64,000 nucleotides of DNA, taken from IMG/VR virus record IMGVR_UViG_3300021137_000001, positions 62,001-126,000 of that record; one strand, written 5' to 3'. The position numbers and the translations under genes were made by a program. The notes beneath the pieces are model-generated. The model was given only the letters and a program-made list of their open reading frames with translations, ran no database searches and had not been told where the DNA came from. Below are positions 58,673-64,000 of the stretch, one piece after another; within the stretch, counting starts at the first letter, position 1; each line of letters begins with the position of its first letter.

Positions 58673-58743
58673 TGTCGTCTTTAATCCCATTGTACTGTAT
58701 TAAAGGTAACGGCACGTTAAATCTTTAATACAGTACAATGGGA
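58672..58743 (+). promoter_or_regulatory. Two-state RNA switch overlapping the tRNA-Lys 5' end
   Basis: Perfect 21-bp inverted repeat 58685-58705/58723-58743 versus alternative 58672-58685/58699-58715. Confidence 0.7.
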
Positions 58744-58815
58744 GTATGGTGAAATTGGTTATCACATGGGACTTTTAATCCTTCGTTCAGAGTTCAAGTC
58801 TCTGTGCTCCTACCA
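58740..58815 (+). tRNA. tRNA-Lys (TTT)
   Basis: Loop CTTTTAA; weak anticodon stem TGGGA/TCCTT; CCA. Confidence 0.85.
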
Positions 58816-58922
58816 TAAGAAAGTACATTGCTAACGCCTCTGAGAAGGGTTCCGGTAGTCCTGTATCAATTAATAGCTAAGTCAGCAGATGGGTTCGCTG
58901 AATGTAGTGTACTTCCTTATGG
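58813..58922 (+). ncRNA. Long-stem small RNA unit 3
   Basis: About 18-bp closing stem beginning at the tRNA-Lys CCA. Confidence 0.5.
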
Positions 58923-58929
58923 TTTCAAT

Positions 58930-59004
58930 GTTGTTTATAGTGTAGCGATAACACCCCATCCTGTGAAGATGGTATCACGAGTTTGAACCTCGTTAGACAA
59001 CCCA
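58930..59004 (+). tRNA. tRNA-His (GTG)
   Basis: G-1:C73, CCATC-CTGTGAA-GATGG, CCA. Confidence 0.88.
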
Positions 59005-59062
59005 ACTTTTAATATGGCTTCCGTCCGTAGAATACTGCTTGCAGTCGGCCCGGAAGTTCTTT

Positions 59063-59137
59063 GGCCGATTCGTATAATGATCATTACACGGGATTGTCTA
59101 TCCTGCTATGAGAGTTTGATTCTCTCATCGGTCGCCA
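59063..59137 (+). tRNA. tRNA-Asp (GTC)
   Basis: CGGGA-TTGTCTA-TCCTG, G73, CCA. Confidence 0.88.
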
Positions 59138-59200
59138 AGTTTTAAAATAATAGTTGACAGTGTGTATTAGAACTGTTACACTATGTAGATAGTAACAAAT

Positions 59201-59329
59201 AAGTATTTGGAAGAAAGTCGCAACTTAATGTATTCGTGGGAAGGAGAGTGCGACATCCCGTCCGAAAGAGTAGGTGATGCTACGGTGTAACTCCGTCATT
59301 TGAATTACTGTATGATTCTGCACATACTT
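59201..59329 (+). ncRNA. Candidate structured RNA after an internal promoter
   Basis: AAGTAT/ATACTT closure, GTCGCA/TGCGAC, possible GGGA/TCCC pseudoknot, ACGG/CCGT hairpin. Confidence 0.4.
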
Positions 59330-59360
59330 AACAGGCATGTATTTGCCGCAGAACTTATAT

Positions 59361-59435
59361 CGCGGAGTGGGGAAGTGGCAACCCGGAAGGCTCATAACCT
59401 TTAGATCGGCAGTTCGAATCTGTCCTCCGCAACCA
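59361..59435 (+). tRNA. Initiator tRNA-fMet (CAT)
   Basis: C1xA72 mismatch, CTCATAA loop, CCA. Confidence 0.88.
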
Positions 59436-59440
59436 GTAAT

Positions 59441-59515
59441 GCCGCCTTAGCTCATTTGGTAGAGCAACGCACTTGTAATGCGTAGGCGCCCAGTTCGAAC
59501 CCGGGAGGCGGACCA
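59441..59515 (+). tRNA. tRNA-Thr (TGT), acceptor 3' strand one nt short
   Basis: ACGCA-CTTGTAA-TGCGT; ends AGGCGGACCA. Confidence 0.8.
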
Positions 59516-59523
59516 ATTTTAAT

Positions 59524-59597
59524 GCGGCTATGATGTAATGGTAACCTAAAACTTTGCCAAAGTTTAATCGCGAGTTCGATTCTCGCTAGCCGCTCCA
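59524..59597 (+). tRNA. tRNA-Gly (GCC)
   Basis: AAACT-TTGCCAA-AGTTT, U73, CCA. Confidence 0.9.
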
Positions 59598-59661
59598 AAT
59601 TTTGCTTGACAAAATGTCAAAACGAATGTATAATACACTTAATTAAAAAAAGGAGGCTGAC

Positions 59662-60054
59662 ATGTACTACGATGAAGTAAAGTTTGAAGAATTAAAAGGT
59701 AAGGTATTAGTTAGTGCAACAGTCTCTGACTATAAAGATGAAATGAAGTTTGTAACAACAGACGGCGAAATATATACTTTGTATCACGCACAAGATTGTT
59801 GTGAATCAGTGGAAATTGAATCTATCGTTGGTGACTTAGCTGATTTAGTTGGCGAAGAAATCTTAATGGCAGAAGAAGCACAAAACTTATTTGACTTGAT
59901 TAAATCTGCAGGAGTCGAAGAAGAAGATGAATACGGTTCACACACTTGGACATTTTACAAACTAGCAACTCGCAAAGGGTACGTTGACATCAGATGGTAT
60001 GGTTCGAGCAACGGGTACTATTCAGAGGAAGTTTCTTTTAAAAGAGAGAAATAA
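59662..60054 (+). CDS. Conserved phage hypothetical protein
   Basis: HAQDCCESV, WTFYKL, SNGYYSE; sigma70 promoter and AGGAGG SD. Confidence 0.75.
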   Translation: MYYDEVKFEELKGKVLVSATVSDYKDEMKFVTTDGEIYTLYHAQDCCESVEIESIVGDLADLVGEEILMAEEAQNLFDLIKSAGVEEEDEYGSHTWTFYKLATRKGYVDIRWYGSSNGYYSEEVSFKREK

Positions 60055-60055
60055 T

Positions 60056-60217
60056 ATGACTTCTAAAAAACCACAGTGGGTTAAAGATAAAGAAGCACTG
60101 CAAACTGCGCCCCCAGAGACAATTATTATAATTGGCAAAATGGGCGCAGATGGTGTTATTAACGGTCGGCTACCGAGCGGTGAAATCTATCATCGCAATA
60201 AAAGGCAACATAGATAA
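60056..60217 (+). CDS. Hypothetical protein
   Basis: Short ORF in operon. Confidence 0.5.
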   Translation: MTSKKPQWVKDKEALQTAPPETIIIIGKMGADGVINGRLPSGEIYHRNKRQHR

Positions 60218-60588
60218 TGGACTTTACAATTGACCCAGAGTACTTAACAAGTGTAACTATTCGCGATGAGTGGAACACGTATACACGTAATGGTCGTGTA
60301 CCTACAGCAGAAGAACTTATTTTAATTATTCAAGGCAAGGGTGAGTGCTCGACTACTAGTTCAGCCGACCACCCAGAGTTTGCTAAGTTACGTGAGGAAC
60401 TAGGTTTGCTACGTTATATTCATATACAGCGTAGTTGGTGGAATGGCGATAGTGTATTAAAACCATTCACACTTAACGGAAGAAAGTTTAAGGTAGGAGC
60501 ACAGTTTAGCAGTGGTAGTGCAATGGGTACACACCTTATTGTACGTGCTAAACACCCAGAATATTATAAGGATGAATATGATGATTAA
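60217..60588 (+). CDS. Hypothetical protein
   Basis: Coupled ORF. Confidence 0.65.
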   Translation: MDFTIDPEYLTSVTIRDEWNTYTRNGRVPTAEELILIIQGKGECSTTSSADHPEFAKLREELGLLRYIHIQRSWWNGDSVLKPFTLNGRKFKVGAQFSSGSAMGTHLIVRAKHPEYYKDEYDD

Positions 60589-61066
60589 ACCATGGATTGA
60601 AAACGTTAGTATGAAAGACGTACAAGTAGGCGAGCACTTTGATGCTGGCACTAACTCTATGCTTATTCAAATCGTTGACCCTATTACTCTTTTTCCAACA
60701 CCAAAGTTTGCATTTAAAGAAGTGCATCAGTTTAAGTTTTTAGATGCAGAAGATACTGACGTTGCAGAGTACGGCGAAGAGCCATTGATTAGCGATCAGC
60801 AAGCAGAAGCAATTTTACAGTTGCTACAACGTGCGCTAGCCGACAATATGAACATTGTTGTACATTGTCACGCTGGTTTATGTCGTAGTGGTGCAGTAGT
60901 AGAAATTGGTGTTATGATGGGCTTTAGAGATACTGAAAAGTTTCGCAGTCCTAACCTACGTGTTAAACACAAACTAATGAAATTGCTTGGGCTAACACAT
61001 AACCCAGATGAGCAACACAACTGGCGTGATGATTATAGACATCACTTAACTAAAAGCAATATGTAA
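60578..61066 (+). CDS. Protein-tyrosine/dual-specificity phosphatase-like protein
   Basis: VHCHAGLCRS (CX5R). Confidence 0.85.
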   Translation: MMIKPWIENVSMKDVQVGEHFDAGTNSMLIQIVDPITLFPTPKFAFKEVHQFKFLDAEDTDVAEYGEEPLISDQQAEAILQLLQRALADNMNIVVHCHAGLCRSGAVVEIGVMMGFRDTEKFRSPNLRVKHKLMKLLGLTHNPDEQHNWRDDYRHHLTKSNM

Positions 61067-61077
61067 AGGAGTAGTAC

Positions 61078-61272
61078 ATGATTAAGTTATCCCCAACGGG
61101 TAAGATATCCAAAAATGCTAACAAAGAACTTTGTCTTAACACCGAGTTCAAAGTTAGCATTGATGTACGTAATGTAACGTACGATAACATTGATGAAAAG
61201 ATTGCTGAGCTTATTGCAGAGGCACACAAAGTCAAACAAGTACTCGAACAAAACATAGTAACATCAAATTAA
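61078..61272 (+). CDS. Hypothetical protein
   Basis: AAGGAG SD. Confidence 0.6.
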   Translation: MIKLSPTGKISKNANKELCLNTEFKVSIDVRNVTYDNIDEKIAELIAEAHKVKQVLEQNIVTSN

Positions 61273-61280
61273 AAGAATAC

Positions 61281-61356
61281 GCAACCTTAGCTCATCTGGT
61301 AGAGCACCTGCTTGAAGCGCAGGGTGTGTTTGGTTCAAGTCCAAGAGGTTGCACCA
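61281..61356 (+). tRNA. tRNA-Phe (GAA)
   Basis: CCTGC-TTGAAGC-GCAGG, CCA. Confidence 0.9.
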
Positions 61357-61383
61357 AACAGTAAATACATAAAAGGGCAGTAT

Positions 61384-61878
61384 ATGAAAAAACTGAATTT
61401 CGATGAAGTAAGTGAATTTATCAATGCACAAAGTGATGAAACTAAAATCTACATTGGCGGTGATAGCACACGCTTTCGTAAGAATGGTGTATGGCATGCA
61501 GAATACACTATGGCAATTGTAGTACACATTGATGGCAAACATGGTTGTAAAATCTTTGGCGAAAGCTCAACTGAAATTGATTACGACCAAAAACGTAATC
61601 GCCCAAGTATGCGTCTAATGAATGAAGTGTACAAAATTAGTGAACTATACTTAAAACTACACGAAGTATTAGAAGGGCGTGATGTTGCTGTACACTTAGA
61701 TATTAACCCAAACGAAGCACACGGTTCAAGCTGTGTTGTGTCACAAGCAATAGGCTACATTCGTGGTACTTGCAACGTTATCCCAATGGTTAAACCTCAT
61801 GCGTGGGCTGCATCGTATTGTGCGGACCGCTTGAAGGAAGTTATGGCAATGCAGGAAAATCAACGCAAAATAGCCTAA
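61384..61878 (+). CDS. RNase H-like YkuK/DUF458 protein
   Basis: IYIGGDS, RLMNEV, VHLDIN, KP..AAS..AD. Confidence 0.78.
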   Translation: MKKLNFDEVSEFINAQSDETKIYIGGDSTRFRKNGVWHAEYTMAIVVHIDGKHGCKIFGESSTEIDYDQKRNRPSMRLMNEVYKISELYLKLHEVLEGRDVAVHLDINPNEAHGSSCVVSQAIGYIRGTCNVIPMVKPHAWAASYCADRLKEVMAMQENQRKIA

Positions 61879-61993
61879 AGTGCTGTGTTATTTGTTGATA
61901 AAGTTCTTGACTTTGCACCACTGATTATGCTATAATACATTTTTATATAGTTGTTATTAAACATTTTATTTCTCTTAAAGGATACTTTTATTT

Positions 61994-62896
61994 ATGCTTA
62001 GACTCTGTATTGCATCAGATATACATTTGGAGTTTGGTAGCATTGAATTAACCAATACCTCTAATGCTGACGTGCTAATCTTAGCTGGCGATATATGTGT
62101 TGCTCGTGACATTGAATTAGCTGGCAAGAATATGTACAGCAATCGTAAACGTGCTGATCGTTATATTGAATTCTTTCAGCAGGTAAGTCGTGCGTTCCCT
62201 AAAGTTATTTACGTAGTGGGCAATCACGAGCACTATGATGGTGATGTTAAGTACACAAACGGCATTCTTAAACGTGCATTAGCAGAGTTTGAAAACATTC
62301 ATATACTTGAAAAAGAAACATTGGAACTTGGTGACGTTACATTTATCGGTGCTACTATGTGGACTGATATGAATGGGGGCGATCCACTTACACTAGCGGG
62401 CATTAAAAATGCAATGAATGACTTTAGGTGCATTGATAACAGCAACAACATGGTTCAACGTAAAGTCCCATTATACGATGAAGGTGGTGAATTTAATAGT
62501 GTACGTAATGTTATTGGGTTTAAGTTTAAAGAAGAAGCAAGCAAGTTTACACCAACTGATGCTATGGATGATCACAAGCAGGCAATAGATTATATCAATC
62601 ATGTTGTTACTAATGATACAACTAAGAAATATGTAGTTGTGGGACATCACGCACCAAGTATGCAAAGCTGTGCTGATAGATTTCGTGGCGACAGGATTAT
62701 GAACGGCGGGTTCTATACAGAGCTCGGTGACTTTATGGCATACCGCCCTCAGATTGCCTGCTGGATTCACGGTCACACTCACGATCCATACGATTATGTC
62801 ATTGGGGAAACACGTGTTGTATGTAATCCACGTGGTTATATTGGATACGAAGCACAAGCAGTTGATTTTGAGTTAAAATACATAGATGTTGCATAA
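61994..62896 (+). CDS. Calcineurin-like metallophosphoesterase
   Basis: SDIHLE, AGD, GNHE, HHAP, HGHTH, NPRGY. Confidence 0.9.
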   Translation: MLRLCIASDIHLEFGSIELTNTSNADVLILAGDICVARDIELAGKNMYSNRKRADRYIEFFQQVSRAFPKVIYVVGNHEHYDGDVKYTNGILKRALAEFENIHILEKETLELGDVTFIGATMWTDMNGGDPLTLAGIKNAMNDFRCIDNSNNMVQRKVPLYDEGGEFNSVRNVIGFKFKEEASKFTPTDAMDDHKQAIDYINHVVTNDTTKKYVVVGHHAPSMQSCADRFRGDRIMNGGFYTELGDFMAYRPQIACWIHGHTHDPYDYVIGETRVVCNPRGYIGYEAQAVDFELKYIDVA

Positions 62897-63030
62897 AAAC
62901 AACACTTTTATTATTTTTATATCAAAAAACAACAAAAAGATTGACAGGGTTGATAAATACATATACACTATACACTATACAAATACTATAACTTATAGTG
63001 TATCAATTATTAATTAAGGAACTAAATCAA

Positions 63031-63624
63031 ATGAGTAAAATTTTATTAGCATTAGTATTAGCAGCATCAGTATTAACAGCATCAGTGGCACAAGCTGATG
63101 AATCAACATCGGTATCAGGTACATTTGATGTTAAAGACAAACAACATTCACCATTAAATCATGAAGTATTTGGCTTAAACGTCGGACACAACTTCGGTAA
63201 CACATGGTCAGTTGAAGGTCGTATGGAAGATGAACGTGTTGTAGGTAACGGCGGGTCACACGAAGGCCTTGTTCAACTTAAAGTAAACAAAGACATTGGT
63301 ACTTGGTATGGTTTCACTCCATATGCAGGTGTTGCAATTGGTGAGAAATCTAAATCAACAACTAACTTTGCTTACTATGTAGCAGAAGTTGGCGCAAAAT
63401 ATGTAGTAACTCCAAGTTTAACATTAAATGTACAAGAACGTTTACGTACACCATTTAATGAAAACTTTGATAGTCATACTGGTTATAACTACAAAACATG
63501 GGAAACACAAATTGGTGCAAAATACGCAATTAACAAAAACAACATTGTTGGGGTTAAGTATGCAGTTGAGCGCGGTGATTCAACATACAATACAACTGGT
63601 GGGAGCTATACATACAAGTTCTAA
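63031..63624 (+). CDS. Outer-membrane beta-barrel protein
   Basis: Signal peptide, amphipathic strands, C-terminal YTYKF. Confidence 0.78.
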   Translation: MSKILLALVLAASVLTASVAQADESTSVSGTFDVKDKQHSPLNHEVFGLNVGHNFGNTWSVEGRMEDERVVGNGGSHEGLVQLKVNKDIGTWYGFTPYAGVAIGEKSKSTTNFAYYVAEVGAKYVVTPSLTLNVQERLRTPFNENFDSHTGYNYKTWETQIGAKYAINKNNIVGVKYAVERGDSTYNTTGGSYTYKF

Positions 63625-63635
63625 TTTGAACTAAT

Positions 63636-63660
63636 AAAAAGGCACTTTGGTGCCTTTTTT
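63636..63660 (+). terminator. Intrinsic terminator
   Basis: AAAAAGGCAC-TTTG-GTGCCTTTTTT. Confidence 0.85.
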
Positions 63661-63696
63661 GTTGACTTTATTTTCTGTGTGCTATATACTAGTACT

Positions 63697-64000
63697 ATGA
63701 TTAAAAAATTTGTACTCTCACCGTGGACAGCGTTACTCACGTTAGTCCTTATTATCGCTGTTAAAAATGCAGACTTTACATTTGTCGAAAGCGTAAAACT
63801 ACGTTACTTTGATACATTAATTACACACGAACCCGTACAAAACTCTGGTGTACATACAGTAAACATTGATGAAGCAACACTAAACAAATATGGGCAATGG
63901 CCATTTAGTCGAGACATATATGCAAAACTAATTGAAGATACATTTGCACATGGTGCAGGATTGGTTGTGTTTAATGTTATGATGCCAGAGAAAGATCGCT
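63697..64000 (+). CDS. CHASE2-domain protein, probably an adenylate/guanylate cyclase (3' truncated)
   Basis: N-terminal TM, VNIDEATLNKYGQWPFSR, VFNVMMPEKDR. Confidence 0.8.
   Translation, partial: MIKKFVLSPWTALLTLVLIIAVKNADFTFVESVKLRYFDTLITHEPVQNSGVHTVNIDEATLNKYGQWPFSRDIYAKLIEDTFAHGAGLVVFNVMMPEKDR

Noticed and set aside
59208-59360. RNase P RNA (GAAGAAAGTC resembles conserved region I)
   Set aside because: Too short; the would-be P4 strand pairs locally and there is no matching 3' conserved region
61312-61383. N-terminal extension of the YkuK-like ORF
   Set aside because: Overlaps tRNA-Phe; ATG 61384 fits better

Overview
A 64 kb AT-rich, gene-dense segment of a large lytic (jumbo, T4-like late promoters TAAATA) dsDNA phage using the standard genetic code. 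DnaK, IscU/IscA and especially a 23-aa PqqA peptide point to a betaproteobacterial, probably Methylophilaceae-like host (inference). The window holds a tail-fibre-like gene, primase and helicase, virion/head genes, nrdAB-grx, iscU/iscA, many host-like genes (desaturase, rpsU, dnaK, ibpA, clpS, rpoZ-like, pqqA), a csgF-csgG-curlin-FecR locus, envelope/sugar enzymes, about 14 free-standing homing endonucleases and 13 tRNA genes. The most novel signal is what looks like translation-sensing control of the phage tRNA array. (i) A 41-codon leader ORF containing all 20 amino acids overlaps an antiterminator that competes with the terminator in front of the array. (ii) A mini-ORF MKRVKL is coupled to two mutually exclusive hairpins, one of which sequesters the 5' end of tRNA-Lys(UUU). 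(iii) A circularly permuted, anticodon-less tRNA mimic and several long-stem small RNAs lie within the array. Also notable: iscU split by an 8-nt insert that creates an ATGA stop/start, and endonuclease insertions that leave orphan gene starts while supplying replacement N-termini. All product calls come from motifs read by eye; no database searches or folding programs were run.
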